From assembly GCA_965243525.1 (NCBI GenBank), contig OZ251568.1, forward strand, positions 370,389 through 434,388: a stretch of 64,000 nt of DNA, written 5' to 3'. Shown here piece by piece: positions 22,604 to 33,319 of the stretch. Origin of the DNA: Spirochaetia bacterium. Its GTDB lineage: Bacteria; Spirochaetota; Spirochaetia; WTKD01. The notes under the pieces are model-generated. The model was given only the letters and a program-made list of their open reading frames with translations, was not told the DNA's origin and did not search any database. The position numbers and the translations under genes were made by a program. Each line of letters opens with the position of its first letter. Position 1 is the stretch's first letter.

Positions 22604-24646
22604 TTAAAGCATGGAAACTCGATGAAAGGGTAGCTCTAGCTGAAAAAGTTTTTCAAAATACCCCTCCGATTTTTTCCGATGTATGATCTGTAGCTGTAGA
22701 CTTGTGTCCGTCGCCTGCCAATTGAACAGCTCGAGTTCATCTCCTTTGCGAAAATTAAAAAAATCTGAATCAAACTGGTCATATACCGTTCGCACCAAAA
22801 AACGGCTGCGGCGAAGTCGTTGCTTTAATTCAATGATCTCAAGGTCAAGTCCCAGGAGCGCACCCAGATAGGAAATGACCACATCTTGCATAAACAAAGC
22901 GCCATCAATCCGTGGACGTTTTTCTGCAGCGATGAGCAGCCTTCGCTGTATCTCCTGGGTATATCCCTTGGAATCTGAGCTGGAGGTCCCATCGGGGGTC
23001 TCGTCAGACACTTCGTCAAAGTCTTTATTAGATGCCCCGTCAGCAGTCTCACCAGAGGCCTCATCAATTTCCTTGCCAGGCGCTGTGCTCTGGGACCCAC
23101 CTCCTGCCAGGTTCGGCAGCTCAGAAGAAAGCACCACGCGGTGCAGCCCTTCAACAAATTCTTGATCATAGAGCGCGCGCTGTGCCTCGGTGATGCTTGT
23201 TATGGGGATAGTATTGATGCTTTCCAGCACCATTTGTGGTTTGATCCCTGCGCGTGCTGCAGGGCTATTTGGAAAGACATAGCTCACCACCAGGCGTTTG
23301 TCCTTGTATGCAAGCAGTAGCCCAAACCAGGGTTTTTCCAAGGCGCCACCGGTCTGAAACAGCCGCGGAAGCATTGCGCTGATCATCTCTGCCGGAATCG
23401 CAAGCCCCAACCCCTCGTATGTTTCAACTCCTCCGAACACCATTCCCACAAAATCGCCCGACTCGCTGAGCAATGCGCTTCCTGAACTGCCGTAACTGCC
23501 GAATGCATCGTATTGAATAACATCCGTAAAGGGCAAAATCTCCGCACGACGCGCTGAAACAATTCCCGATGTCACCGTTTGTGCAAGCCCCACGGGCGCT
23601 CCATAAGCAAGGATCCGCTGCCCACGCTCAACCTTGATTTCAGCATAGGGCATGAGCGAAACCGGCGGTTCTATTTCGGTTTTCAGCAATGCAATATCGA
23701 TATCAACATCGTATGCGATCACCTTTGCCGGAACACGGCTATTCAAATTGGAATCAATCGAGATATAGGCCCGAGAATATCCCTCGTATTTCGGATCCAC
23801 CTCGGTTCGAATGACATGGTAATTTGTCAGAATATACCCTTCAGGGCTGATGAAAAATCCACTCCCTGTGGATATGTTCGGATAGGAAACCCCTCGCTCG
23901 GCGATGCTGCCGTTGTCCACGATCACCGTCAGTGTTGCCTGGGTTGTTTCTTCCACGCTGCACGGAGGCACTCCGTTATAGGTGATCTCGCGGCGCCCTG
24001 CTTCTTCTGCGATACGCTGCAAAAACACCTCGCCATAGCATCTTCCTTCCTGGGGCAAAATCAGTCGAAAATCATCGTCTGGCATCGCTGCAATCCCCTC
24101 AAGATAGGCATAATCAGCAAGAATACGCAATTGTTCAACCAGAACAGGAAGCTCATCAGGGTCTGCTCTTGTTTCTGTTGAGTTTTCCGAATCCAGCAGA
24201 GAATTTTCTGAATTTTCTGAATCGGTTGAATTTTCCACCAAACCAGTCGAGTCGTCTGAATCCACTGAATTTTCTGACGAATCCCCCGTTGAATTCATCG
24301 CCGCAACGAGATCGGTATCTGCAAGGGATTCATTCTCAAGGATATAGCGGATGCTGCGTTCAACCTCACCGGCCATCTGCGGAGCGGATTTTTGAACATC
24401 CACATAGTGCTGGATGTATCGCTCAAGAATCACCGAACGCATAGACAAGAACCGCTCTTGTGCGACATGCCCCCGCTCGTGGAGCCTCCTCAATGCAAGA
24501 TAGCCCGCGCTGAGCTTCCCATCTGCAACCAATTCCTGCACCGCATCCAAGCTCTGCGTCGGCTCATAAGCAGGTATGTTATACGTCGCACATGAGATGC
24601 TCAACCCCAAAAGCAATAGGGATATACCCAAGAAATCTGCGCGCAT
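22604..24646 (-). CDS. HtrA/DegP-like trypsin-fold serine protease with a PDZ domain; lipoprotein signal
   Basis: 680 aa. Lipobox LSISC. The catalytic triad context is TNYHVI (His), DIDIALLK (Asp) and GSSGSALL (Ser). A PDZ-like block is ...VSYVFPNSPAARAGIKPQ.... There is also an acidic Ser/Asn-rich low-complexity insert. Confidence 0.8.
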   Translation of the reverse strand: MRADFLGISLLLLGLSISCATYNIPAYEPTQSLDAVQELVADGKLSAGYLALRRLHERGHVAQERFLSMRSVILERYIQHYVDVQKSAPQMAGEVERSIRYILENESLADTDLVAAMNSTGDSSENSVDSDDSTGLVENSTDSENSENSLLDSENSTETRADPDELPVLVEQLRILADYAYLEGIAAMPDDDFRLILPQEGRCYGEVFLQRIAEEAGRREITYNGVPPCSVEETTQATLTVIVDNGSIAERGVSYPNISTGSGFFISPEGYILTNYHVIRTEVDPKYEGYSRAYISIDSNLNSRVPAKVIAYDVDIDIALLKTEIEPPVSLMPYAEIKVERGQRILAYGAPVGLAQTVTSGIVSARRAEILPFTDVIQYDAFGSYGSSGSALLSESGDFVGMVFGGVETYEGLGLAIPAEMISAMLPRLFQTGGALEKPWFGLLLAYKDKRLVVSYVFPNSPAARAGIKPQMVLESINTIPITSITEAQRALYDQEFVEGLHRVVLSSELPNLAGGGSQSTAPGKEIDEASGETADGASNKDFDEVSDETPDGTSSSDSKGYTQEIQRRLLIAAEKRPRIDGALFMQDVVISYLGALLGLDLEIIELKQRLRRSRFLVRTVYDQFDSDFFNFRKGDELELFNWQATDTSLQLQIIHRKKSEGYFEKLFQLELPFHRVSML

Positions 24647-26325
24647 CAGCGTAGTCTAGCCCACCTGTCCTTGAGATAGTCAATAAGAGCAGTGAATATC
24701 GTCATCTGTCTGGTGTCCCGAAGCTGTCCATCGCGCCAATCAACGCTGAGCAGGTTTCCCGCCCCGTCGTATGTCTTCGTATAAAGAATTCTGCTCCCAT
24801 CGATATAGGCAGTCTCATCGGTGAAGCCGTTCTGCGCATATTGCTGCACCACATCAACATAGCTGTCACCATCACCATCGCGTATTCCCTGTTGCACCAG
24901 GTGCTGGTCAAACAACAAGAGTTCCGTGATTTGATCGGTTTGTTCATCGTATCGTGCGGAAAACACCTTCTCGCCATGCATATACCCATCCAGGGCCATC
25001 CCCTCTTGGACATAGCGAATGCTGCTGTGCATGATGATATCTTGAAGACTAGGCAGGGCAAGTGGTTCCAATAATTGAATATCTGAAAAAATAGAGAGGC
25101 TATGATCGAAGGAATCGGAAAGCCCTCCCCCTGTGTGCAATCGATGATAGGGCAGATAATCAAGAACCGGTAATACATAGGCATCTGGGCGCAGACCATA
25201 AATCGCCATTCCGCCAGCATGCATGCGCTGTATCGACTGCACAACCGGATACTGCCGATAGTTGACAACCCCCTGCTGCGCATCGTCTGCATAGAAAAAT
25301 CGAGATGGCAGGCCTGCAGAAAATTCAACGACGTATTCAGAACGTCCATCTTGGTTTTTATCGATGATCCACGTATCAATCTTTGTCCTATCGAGGATGA
25401 ATTCCTGCTCGAAAAATCCATCCTTGTCGACATCCGAAAGAATCCTCGCATAGTTGCTGAGCATCTGCACCATGTTTCCATAGGCTATGGGATGGTCTTG
25501 GTGATAGCTCTGCAAGAGGGCGATATCTTCATAGCGGAGGGTATGTGCCGCAAGGGTCGCTAGCAGAAGTTTGCTATCCGATGGTTCACCGCGCAACAAG
25601 AGCGCAAGGTCATCTCCACCTGCGGTTCTGTATTTTGGATAGAGCAGCACAAACAGTTCTTCACGCTCCACGTTTTGCAAAAAATGCTCAAGCAGACGAA
25701 GATCATCTGCTGATTCTATCTGCCTCGTCTGCCAATAGGCGGTTTGATGCACATCATCGGCTGCTGTCTGCTCGGTGTGGAGCATCTGCAAGGTTGGCAT
25801 ATGAGAAAAAAATCCCAGGCCTCGAGTGAGTGCTGCATCGGCTGCATCGGGGTTGCCGATTCGATACTGCGACCGCACATAGAGTTCAAACAATCGATCA
25901 CTGGCATAATAGCCTTCACGATGCAAGGGAACAGTATGTTCAACCGCCTCTATCGCCTTTTGGTATGAGCGCGTGCGAAAATAGACCTCGGCAAGCAATA
26001 CATAGGCATCGTGCGCCGAAAAAACAGCCCAGTTGTCCGCATCCACCGCTGTTTCAAGTCGACGGAGCGTTTCTTTGGTTTCTGCTTGGTTCTGATAGGT
26101 CAGGGACGCAGATGCATACAGTGCATCGGATTGTGCAGGGTCATAGGACAGGATTTCGTCGCTGAGTGTTTGGAGTAAAACAGTGTTCTCTGCAAGCGCT
26201 GCTTCGTACAAATCAGGCAAGAGTTCGCGCACAATGGCCGCATCCAGCCCCTCCGCCTGCGCAAGGGTGCCACACAGCACAAGAAGCATACATATACCAA
26301 ATCTGCTTCGCATCTGTCCTCTCAT
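24646..26325 (-). CDS. Secreted/lipoprotein of unknown function (helical repeat-like N-terminal half)
   Basis: 559 aa. The signal peptide has LVLC. The stop and start share one base with the downstream protease gene (TGATG). Confidence 0.5.
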   Translation of the reverse strand: MRGQMRSRFGICMLLVLCGTLAQAEGLDAAIVRELLPDLYEAALAENTVLLQTLSDEILSYDPAQSDALYASASLTYQNQAETKETLRRLETAVDADNWAVFSAHDAYVLLAEVYFRTRSYQKAIEAVEHTVPLHREGYYASDRLFELYVRSQYRIGNPDAADAALTRGLGFFSHMPTLQMLHTEQTAADDVHQTAYWQTRQIESADDLRLLEHFLQNVEREELFVLLYPKYRTAGGDDLALLLRGEPSDSKLLLATLAAHTLRYEDIALLQSYHQDHPIAYGNMVQMLSNYARILSDVDKDGFFEQEFILDRTKIDTWIIDKNQDGRSEYVVEFSAGLPSRFFYADDAQQGVVNYRQYPVVQSIQRMHAGGMAIYGLRPDAYVLPVLDYLPYHRLHTGGGLSDSFDHSLSIFSDIQLLEPLALPSLQDIIMHSSIRYVQEGMALDGYMHGEKVFSARYDEQTDQITELLLFDQHLVQQGIRDGDGDSYVDVVQQYAQNGFTDETAYIDGSRILYTKTYDGAGNLLSVDWRDGQLRDTRQMTIFTALIDYLKDRWARLR

Positions 26326-26330
26326 ACGTA

Positions 26331-28190
26331 TTATGTATCGGATAATCGCAGCGGTACTATTCCTAATTCTTCTTGAATTTCCTTATCGGTCAGGGTTTCC
26401 TTCTGCAGCAATAGATCAACGAGTTGATCGAGAACCGCCTTCTTTTCTGAAAGCACCCGGGTCACTTCCTTCAGACATCGCTGGAGGATGCCGCGGATTT
26501 CATGATCAATCTCACGAGCGGTCTCTTCTGAATAGTCCTTATGGGTTGCAATTTCTTTTCCAAGAAAGATTGGCTCATCCTCTTGGGCAAAGGCCACCGG
26601 TCCAAGCTCACTCATTCCCCATTCAATCACCATTTTTCGCGCAATTTCAGTTGCTTGTTTCAGATCTGCTTTCACTCCGGTGCTGGTCGTCTCATAATAC
26701 AGCTTTTCAGCGACATAGCCGCCGTAACAGATTTTTATCCGATCCAAAAGATAGGATTCCGCATGTGAATACTGATCCCGTTCAGGCAAGGAAAACGCCG
26801 CTCCCAGAGCCTGCCCACGAGGAATGATGGTCACCTTGTGCAAGGGATCTGCATGCTCAAGGTAATAGTGCAAGAGGGTATGTCCCGCTTCGTGGCGTGC
26901 AGTTTTCAGCTTCTCATCTCGATTCATAAGGCGCGAAGAACGCATCATCCCCATAAGCAGCTTGTCGCGTGCCTCTTCAAAATCCTTGTGTTCAACCGTT
27001 GTCGATTTTCGTCGAGTTGCGAAAAGAGCAGCTTCATTGGCGAGGTTTGCAAGATCAGCTCCCGTAGCTCCCGGCATTGCCCGCGCAAGTCTTTCAATTT
27101 CGACATCATCAGAAATAGGAATCTTGCTGACATGGAGTTTCAAAATCGCCTCGCGTTCTTTCATATCAGGAAGATCAACCTGCACATGGCGGTCAAACCG
27201 GCCAGGTCGCAACAAGGCAGGATCAAGCACATCGGGACGGTTGGTCGCCGCAAGGATTATGATCCCCTCTTTTGGTTCAAATCCATCCATTTCAACAAGC
27301 ATCTGATTGAGCGTCTGTTCACGTTCGTCGTGACCGCCGCCATATCCCGCTCCTCGGGTGCGACCAACAGCATCAAGCTCATCGATGAAGATAACACAGG
27401 GGGAAGAACGCCGTGCCGTCGAAAACAAATCGCGCACTCGGCTCGCACCAACCCCGACAAACATCTCGACAAAATCAGAACCAGAAATGTGAAAATAGGC
27501 CACACCGGCCTCACCGGCGGTTGCTCGTGCAAGAAGGGTTTTTCCCGTTCCCGGCATCCCAACCAGCAAAATCCCCTTCGGAACGCGCGCACCAAGTTTT
27601 ACAAAGGACTCCGGTTCTTTGAGAAAAGAAACGATATCCTCAAGCTCTTTTTTCTCCTCGACACTACCGGCCACATCGTTAAAAGTGATCTTCTTTTCGT
27701 TATCAGTATATTTTTTAGCGCTTGATTTTCCAAACGTAAACGCACGACTGCCGCTGTTTTGGATCTGTCGAAACATGAACCACGAAAACAGCAAGATGAA
27801 AATCCAAGGCAGAAAATTCATCAAAATTTGAAAAAACGACAGGGGCTTTACCGCACCGGTAAAACTCACCCCTTTTTCTTCAAGCCGAGCAATAAGCGCA
27901 CTATCAAGATAGGGAATAATGGTCGTAAAACGCCCCTGCGTCCCCTTCAAAGTGCCCACAATCTCGCGCTGATCGGTAATCTGCACCGAAGCAATCTGCC
28001 CATCCTCAAGATAGGCCAGAAACTGCGAATAAGCCACCGTTTGTCCGGAATTCGTAGAATTATTCAGCGTAACAAAAAGCAACATCCCAACCAAAATTAC
28101 AACAAATAAAATTGCAAATCGGTTCTTCCCAAAATCAAATCTTGGCTTTTCATTTTTTTCGTTTTTTTGATCATTACCTGTAGTACTCAA
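26331..28190 (-). CDS. ftsH: ATP-dependent zinc metalloprotease FtsH
   Basis: 619 aa. Two TM segments, AAA Walker A GMPGTGKT, Walker B IFIDELD, the SRH, and the zinc site HEAGH. Confidence 0.95.
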   Translation of the reverse strand: MSTTGNDQKNEKNEKPRFDFGKNRFAILFVVILVGMLLFVTLNNSTNSGQTVAYSQFLAYLEDGQIASVQITDQREIVGTLKGTQGRFTTIIPYLDSALIARLEEKGVSFTGAVKPLSFFQILMNFLPWIFILLFSWFMFRQIQNSGSRAFTFGKSSAKKYTDNEKKITFNDVAGSVEEKKELEDIVSFLKEPESFVKLGARVPKGILLVGMPGTGKTLLARATAGEAGVAYFHISGSDFVEMFVGVGASRVRDLFSTARRSSPCVIFIDELDAVGRTRGAGYGGGHDEREQTLNQMLVEMDGFEPKEGIIILAATNRPDVLDPALLRPGRFDRHVQVDLPDMKEREAILKLHVSKIPISDDVEIERLARAMPGATGADLANLANEAALFATRRKSTTVEHKDFEEARDKLLMGMMRSSRLMNRDEKLKTARHEAGHTLLHYYLEHADPLHKVTIIPRGQALGAAFSLPERDQYSHAESYLLDRIKICYGGYVAEKLYYETTSTGVKADLKQATEIARKMVIEWGMSELGPVAFAQEDEPIFLGKEIATHKDYSEETAREIDHEIRGILQRCLKEVTRVLSEKKAVLDQLVDLLLQKETLTDKEIQEELGIVPLRLSDT

Positions 28191-28191
28191 T

Positions 28192-29898
28192 TTAATACCT
28201 CAACCGCACCCTATAGAGCAATATTTTATTATCCTTATTGTATGTTGTATACGTATAGATTGGAAGAGCACCTTTAAAAAACAGAGCCTTGTTCCCCGCC
28301 TGATCTTCAACGCAATATCCCGATAAACACTGAGCAGCAGCATCAATCTGCTTGCGATGCGCACCTTTTTTGGGGATGTCCGCCCTGCGTATCCGCCGTA
28401 TACAGAGAATCGGGCTTGCAACATCAAACAAAAGCTCCTTTTCAGCCGGCGTATACCCTGCATCCCATTGGCGAATCATCTGTGCCAGATCGAATACGCT
28501 TTCTCCACTTATATCTATGTAGAGAAACAAAGAATCATGCGCTTTGTTACAGCTCATCCAGAGTCGCCCTGCATCAACCCAAAGCATGCGCTGGTGTGAA
28601 AGCTGAAAGGATGCCCGAACAGGATTCTTGGTCTGCGATCGCCCATCTTTCATCTCTTCTTCGTTTTTCTTCCACTGACCTAGATAGGCAAAAAAATCAT
28701 TGAACTGTGCATTACCAACCCGCTCTGGCAGTATCTCAGTCACTTTTCGTTCTTCGTTATCTCCACGCTGAACCAGCAATCGTATGCCAGCCTGCAATAG
28801 ATCTAATTGAGCTATCCGTGGCAGAACGGCAAAATCCTTCCATGGATAACAAACCGCTCCGTCAGCATACTGCCATTGGGGCGCAGCCTCGATGAGATAG
28901 GAACGAAGCTCTTGCATATCCTGTGCAATCTGAAACAATGCTGGAACAGCCTGCGAAAAGCGTTCACAGAGCTGTGGAAGGACCCGGTGTCGGAGATAAT
29001 TCCGCGGGATACGTTCATCAGCATTTGTCGCATCTTCAAAATAATCAATCCCCTCGGCCTCGGCATAGGCAAAAACCGCTGCCTTTCTGCACTCCAGCAA
29101 CGGCCTCCGACAGATAATCGCTCGATCTGGGTGTTGTTTCTCTGCGTCGTGACCAGTGCCATGTTCAGTGCCATTATTGCGGTTAGTGGTGTCGCTTTCT
29201 GCGTCGTGACCACCTGCCGCGCTGTCACCGATATTACTGCGAACATTGGCGTTATTTTTGCTGTCACCGTCATCGTTTCGATTACCAGAATCACTGCGAG
29301 CATCACCGACATTCATATAATGTATCGTATCCACTGGGGAGTCATACCCTTGCACATAGCTGAGCACCCGGGTTGGGCGGATTCCTGTTATACCAAAGGC
29401 ATTCCCCTGCAACATCTGCATCATCAGTGATTCCAGGTTGTCCTCGGCATGATGACCCAAAACTATCGAGTCGGCCCCAACCTGCACCGCAACAGCGTGC
29501 AAAAGCTCATAGCGACAAAACCGATAGGCAGCTTCCTCGCCACGTTTCCGCGCAATTGACGCACAAAAAACAGGATCAATCGCCGCCCTCACCAAGGGAA
29601 CCGCAAGCCCCTCACAAAAAGATGCAAGCAGCGCTCGGCGTTTTCGCGTATGTATATCTTGATTTTGTGAGCTAGCACCCTCCCCCCCTGTCTGCACCTC
29701 TTTTTGCCCACCCCTCATCGATGGGTGGTCGACGTAACAGGCATAGACCTGCACATGATGGTCGCGCGCACCGGCCACCATCGCATGCAGCAAGACAGCA
29801 CTATCAACCCCTCCCGAATAAGCGACCAGAACGCAATTATCCTGCCTGGTGCTCAAATAAGAATCGATTGCCTGGGTGATGTCCACAGGATGGTTCAT
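28192..29898 (-). CDS. tilS: tRNA(Ile)-lysidine synthetase TilS, with a low-complexity insertion
   Basis: 568 aa. PP-loop motif VAYSGGVDS. It has the conserved position upstream of ftsH. There is a ~60-aa D/N/G/S-rich insertion (aa ~196-258). Confidence 0.8.
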   Translation of the reverse strand: MNHPVDITQAIDSYLSTRQDNCVLVAYSGGVDSAVLLHAMVAGARDHHVQVYACYVDHPSMRGGQKEVQTGGEGASSQNQDIHTRKRRALLASFCEGLAVPLVRAAIDPVFCASIARKRGEEAAYRFCRYELLHAVAVQVGADSIVLGHHAEDNLESLMMQMLQGNAFGITGIRPTRVLSYVQGYDSPVDTIHYMNVGDARSDSGNRNDDGDSKNNANVRSNIGDSAAGGHDAESDTTNRNNGTEHGTGHDAEKQHPDRAIICRRPLLECRKAAVFAYAEAEGIDYFEDATNADERIPRNYLRHRVLPQLCERFSQAVPALFQIAQDMQELRSYLIEAAPQWQYADGAVCYPWKDFAVLPRIAQLDLLQAGIRLLVQRGDNEERKVTEILPERVGNAQFNDFFAYLGQWKKNEEEMKDGRSQTKNPVRASFQLSHQRMLWVDAGRLWMSCNKAHDSLFLYIDISGESVFDLAQMIRQWDAGYTPAEKELLFDVASPILCIRRIRRADIPKKGAHRKQIDAAAQCLSGYCVEDQAGNKALFFKGALPIYTYTTYNKDNKILLYRVRLRY

Positions 29899-29922
29899 AA
29901 AGATCGAGTGAAGTCGTGGCAG

Positions 29923-30486
29923 CTAGTTATAGGTGTTTTGCACATGCTCAATCGGGTATTGGGTGAGATCAGCGATGGCATCTGCAGCATGGGCAAAAGC
30001 ATGCGTATAGGTCTCGTTCTCCTCTGGTGGCCAGCGCCCCAGAACATAGCTGCTCAACGTAAACGGCGGGTGTCCGATGCCGATGTATAAGCGCATAAAA
30101 TCACTTCCGCCAATCGCCATGGCAATCGAATGCAATCCATTGTGTGATGGATGGTTGTGGCTGCCGTTCACCTTCAATCGGAGTTTGCCCTCCGGAAAGT
30201 TTGCATTATCCAAGATAACAATGAGGTTGTTTTTCTTCGTGCGAGAAAGTGAAAATGCCTCCGGAAACACCCGCCCACTGTTATTCATATAGGTGCTTGG
30301 CTTGCACAAGAAGACTTCCTTGTCGCCAATACTCGCCCAAGCATAGCTGAAATTTCGTCGTTCGCGAAACACCGCATCGTATCGAGCTGCAAGCACGTCT
30401 ATAACGTTGAACCCCATATTGTGACGAGTTCGTGCGTATTGTTTGCCAGGATTACCGAGACCAAGAACTAATAAGGACGTATCCAC
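29923..30486 (-). CDS. pth: Peptidyl-tRNA hydrolase
   Basis: 187 aa. LVLGLGNPGKQYARTRHNMGF is the canonical Pth N-terminus. Confidence 0.9.
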   Translation of the reverse strand: MDTSLLVLGLGNPGKQYARTRHNMGFNVIDVLAARYDAVFRERRNFSYAWASIGDKEVFLCKPSTYMNNSGRVFPEAFSLSRTKKNNLIVILDNANFPEGKLRLKVNGSHNHPSHNGLHSIAMAIGGSDFMRLYIGIGHPPFTLSSYVLGRWPPEENETYTHAFAHAADAIADLTQYPIEHVQNTYN

Positions 30487-31098
30487 CTAGTCTTCTTCTG
30501 ATTCTTCCTCAAGAATTTCTTCTTCTTCTTCTTCCAGTGTTGTTTCTTGTTCTGCCTTCGGTGTTGTGATAACCACCAAAACCTGATCGCCATCGGTGAG
30601 AATTTTCACCTTTTCAGAAATCTGAACATCAGAAACGTGGAGCGAACTCCCCACCTCAAGATCCGTCACATCAACCGCTATGTATTCAGGCAGGTCAACG
30701 GGCAAACAAGACACCTCCAGCTCGTGCAAGTGACGTTCAAGAATACCACCTTCACGCACGCCAACGGCACTTCCTTCAAAGTGCAACGGAACACTCGCAT
30801 GGAGCTCTTCACCCTTGTGTACTTCCAAAAAATCAATGTGCAAAATCACATCGGTGACCGCATGTGGCTGCACTTCCTTGATCAGCGCCTGTCGTTTTTT
30901 CTTGCCGATGTTCAACGTCAGCATGGTTGTCTCTGGGTTATTGCGACGAAAGATTGTGTACTCATGGAGATCAATCGCCAAAGATTCTGCCTTCCCATGA
31001 GAATAGATCGTCGCAGGAATTTTTCCATTCCTTCTCAATTCGTTTCTCGCCCGTTTATTAGCTACTCTTTTTTCTGCCAGTAATTCAATCGACATCAT
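30487..31098 (-). CDS. rplY: Ribosomal protein L25 (Ctc form)
   Basis: The ORF track extends to 31149, but that extension translates tRNA-Gln. GGAGG precedes ATGATG at 31098/31095. MMSIELLAEKR... has an acidic C-terminal tail. Confidence 0.85.
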   Translation of the reverse strand: MMSIELLAEKRVANKRARNELRRNGKIPATIYSHGKAESLAIDLHEYTIFRRNNPETTMLTLNIGKKKRQALIKEVQPHAVTDVILHIDFLEVHKGEELHASVPLHFEGSAVGVREGGILERHLHELEVSCLPVDLPEYIAVDVTDLEVGSSLHVSDVQISEKVKILTDGDQVLVVITTPKAEQETTLEEEEEEILEEESEED

Positions 31099-31109
31099 TC
31101 CTCCAAAAT

Positions 31110-31183
31110 CTGGGGCGGCAGGATTCGAACCTACGAATACCGGATTCAAAGTCCGGCGACTTAAGCCACTTGTCTACGCCCCA
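31110..31183 (-). tRNA. tRNA-Gln (anticodon UUG)
   Basis: Hand-folded: acceptor TGGGGCG/CGCCCCA (a U1-A72 pair, as in bacterial tRNA-Gln), anticodon stem CCGGA/TCCGG with loop CTTTGAA, T arm GTAGG-TTCGAAT-CCTGC, discriminator G. Confidence 0.9.
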
Positions 31184-31243
31184 TACAGTATATTATTTAA
31201 GGCTATTTCAATGAGGTCGCTTTGTCAATAAAGTTGCTGGAGT

Positions 31244-31642
31244 CTAGGCCGAGGAAATCGGTTCTTGCAGAGCGATGCGTGGCGCATCAAACCAGAGTCG
31301 TTCAAGCTCATAAAACCCGCGCGCCTGTTCAGACATGATGTGCACAACAAAGGTAGCATAATCGAGAACAAGCCAAGCATCGGCATTCTTCATCCGCTTT
31401 TTTGGCTCCCCCACATGGACCACATCCTGATCAAGCAGAAACTTGTTGATCGCATCACTCAAACCAAGCTGATGGAGCTTGCTTCGCGCCGTACAAATGA
31501 TAAAAAAATCACAGATATGATCATAGCTGCGCAGATCGATAATAACCGGATCAGCAGCACGCAATTCTTGCACGAGTTGCGCAATATTTATCGTGAGTTG
31601 TTGTATTTGGTGTGTGTCTTTATTGTATCGTTGATTCATCAA
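31244..31642 (-). CDS. rsfS: Ribosomal silencing factor RsfS (Iojap family)
   Basis: 132 aa. ...DFFIICTARS...WLVLDYATFVVHIMSEQARGFYELERLW is the typical RsfS core. Confidence 0.85.
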   Translation of the reverse strand: MMNQRYNKDTHQIQQLTINIAQLVQELRAADPVIIDLRSYDHICDFFIICTARSKLHQLGLSDAINKFLLDQDVVHVGEPKKRMKNADAWLVLDYATFVVHIMSEQARGFYELERLWFDAPRIALQEPISSA

Positions 31643-32720
31643 AATCTTGACCTAGCACGATTGTAACATCGGAAGCCTCCACAAGGGAAGTAATATATTC
31701 ATTTTTTTTAATATTTAAAATAAATTGAATGTATTCTATTTTTGGTGCGTTCATAGCGCTACCTATCACATAACTCGTATCAACATCGTTGCGTTCGGCA
31801 TTTGAAAAGACCGCATTTTGAAATCCCAAGGAACGCAGATAGCGTGCAGTACGTTCTGCAAGTCCCTCGCGCGTTGTGCCGTTGAGGATCTCCACCGAAA
31901 TAACAAAGGGATGCACTGGTGGTGATTCGGCTAGCACCTCGTCAAGAGAATCAATCATATTGCGTATCCACCGGCCATCTTCATACGGGAACAAGAGCAA
32001 TTCATCGATGCCGTTAACGGCCCGAAGATTCCCCTCAAGCACAAAATGCATATTCGTATCGGTCTGATTCCGTTGAATAAACCGCAAAAAACTCCGAACA
32101 GAATCCTTCGACATATCGATGGTCATCAATGACCGCAACAGCGACAAGCCCGGACCCTGGGTGTATTCATCGCGATCCGCACCAAGTTTGAGGAGTATCG
32201 CGGTGAGTATCGCCTGATAATCAACCACACCGGCCTCTTTCAAGCGAGTATAGAGGCTGCCATCGATACGTTGCAGCTGCCCTTCAGAAGGTTCAAGAGT
32301 GATTGTCTTCACCAGGTCGATGAGCTGGGGCAATTGCGTATCAACATCGATAACCGCCGAATAATGAATCGGCGTCTGCAACCATTCAGCGGTCCTTTTC
32401 ACAAGCGCATTGGCCGATTGCGAAGAATAATCACTATCGAGTGCCACCATCCGCGCTGGATTTTGCCGAAGAATTGCTGTATGTCGAGGAATGCGAAGGC
32501 TCCCCATCACAAGTGGCTCTGCTCCGAAAAATCCCAAAACCATATCCTTCAACTGTCGCTCTGATTCAAACAAAAACAGCACATGGATGACCCCCTCGTC
32601 GCGCGCAATCTTCTCAACACGGTTGCTCTTTAATTCAACATACAGATAGATCCCCGTTGAAATGACAACAAGGGCAATCACCACGCCTATGAATGCAGCT
32701 GAAATTCGGTCAATACTCAT
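31620..32720 (-). CDS. LytR-CpsA-Psr (LCP) family protein
   Basis: 366 aa. An N-terminal TM anchor is followed by an extracellular domain with an LCP-like layout. The family call is by recognition only. Confidence 0.6.
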   Translation of the reverse strand: MSIDRISAAFIGVVIALVVISTGIYLYVELKSNRVEKIARDEGVIHVLFLFESERQLKDMVLGFFGAEPLVMGSLRIPRHTAILRQNPARMVALDSDYSSQSANALVKRTAEWLQTPIHYSAVIDVDTQLPQLIDLVKTITLEPSEGQLQRIDGSLYTRLKEAGVVDYQAILTAILLKLGADRDEYTQGPGLSLLRSLMTIDMSKDSVRSFLRFIQRNQTDTNMHFVLEGNLRAVNGIDELLLFPYEDGRWIRNMIDSLDEVLAESPPVHPFVISVEILNGTTREGLAERTARYLRSLGFQNAVFSNAERNDVDTSYVIGSAMNAPKIEYIQFILNIKKNEYITSLVEASDVTIVLGQDFDESTIQ

Positions 32721-33319
32721 GTTCTATATAGATTATTGTATATGATGTACTTGTGTACAGCAGGAACAAGCAAATGGCCAACGTTCTCATGCTGCGCTAT
32801 ACATCGACGTACGATGCTTGAAGAAATCGGCAATGCATCAATTTCAATGCCTTCATATGCAAAAGGCAGTGGAGGCAGGGTTTGCAAATCACGACAGACC
32901 GCTACGATGCGTACCCGATCAAGAATATCCTCATATTCCTCCCAGGTCGTGAATCCCACAGCAACATCATCCCCGATGAAATAATATGGTTTTTGACCTC
33001 CTTGTCCCAAACCATACCATTCATAGAGCAATTGCAAGCTGCGATAGGTATAGGAAGGGCCATCACATAAAAGATCGACCAATGATACAAAAAAAGATGC
33101 CTCATCACGTAACATAAGTGCAAGCATGGACAATCGATGCTGCCACGAGGCATGGTGCATGTGCTTGTGTGGATTTGTTTTTGCGCAGATATACAGCATG
33201 GTATCAAGACCATAGGCATCACGACAGGCCCACCCAAAATGCAAATGTCCAAGATGTGGTGGATCAAAACTCCCTCCGATGATACCAATACGCTTACCAA
33301 TTAGCATGAGTTTGGTCAC
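32717..33319 (-). CDS. nadD: Nicotinate-nucleotide adenylyltransferase
   Basis: 200 aa. IGIIGGSFDPPHLGHL is the (H/T)xGH nucleotidyltransferase motif. It has the conserved position after obg. Confidence 0.85.
   Translation of the reverse strand: MTKLMLIGKRIGIIGGSFDPPHLGHLHFGWACRDAYGLDTMLYICAKTNPHKHMHHASWQHRLSMLALMLRDEASFFVSLVDLLCDGPSYTYRSLQLLYEWYGLGQGGQKPYYFIGDDVAVGFTTWEEYEDILDRVRIVAVCRDLQTLPPLPFAYEGIEIDALPISSSIVRRCIAQHENVGHLLVPAVHKYIIYNNLYRT

Noticed and set aside
24702-25481. A 259-aa alternative-frame minus-strand ORF inside 24646-26325
   Set aside because: Its composition is C/M/R/W-rich. The longer frame has a proper signal peptide/lipobox and is coupled to the downstream gene.
26183-28109. 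Several plus-strand ORFs (214, 295, 114 and 116 aa) antisense to ftsH
   Set aside because: ftsH is unambiguous on the minus strand. The antisense ORFs are R/S/K-rich with no starts supported by an RBS.
31099-31149. N-terminal extension of the L25 ORF (MNPVFVGSNPAAPDFGG)
   Set aside because: This stretch is tRNA-Gln read as protein. A GGAGG-ATG start at 31098 lies just downstream of the tRNA.
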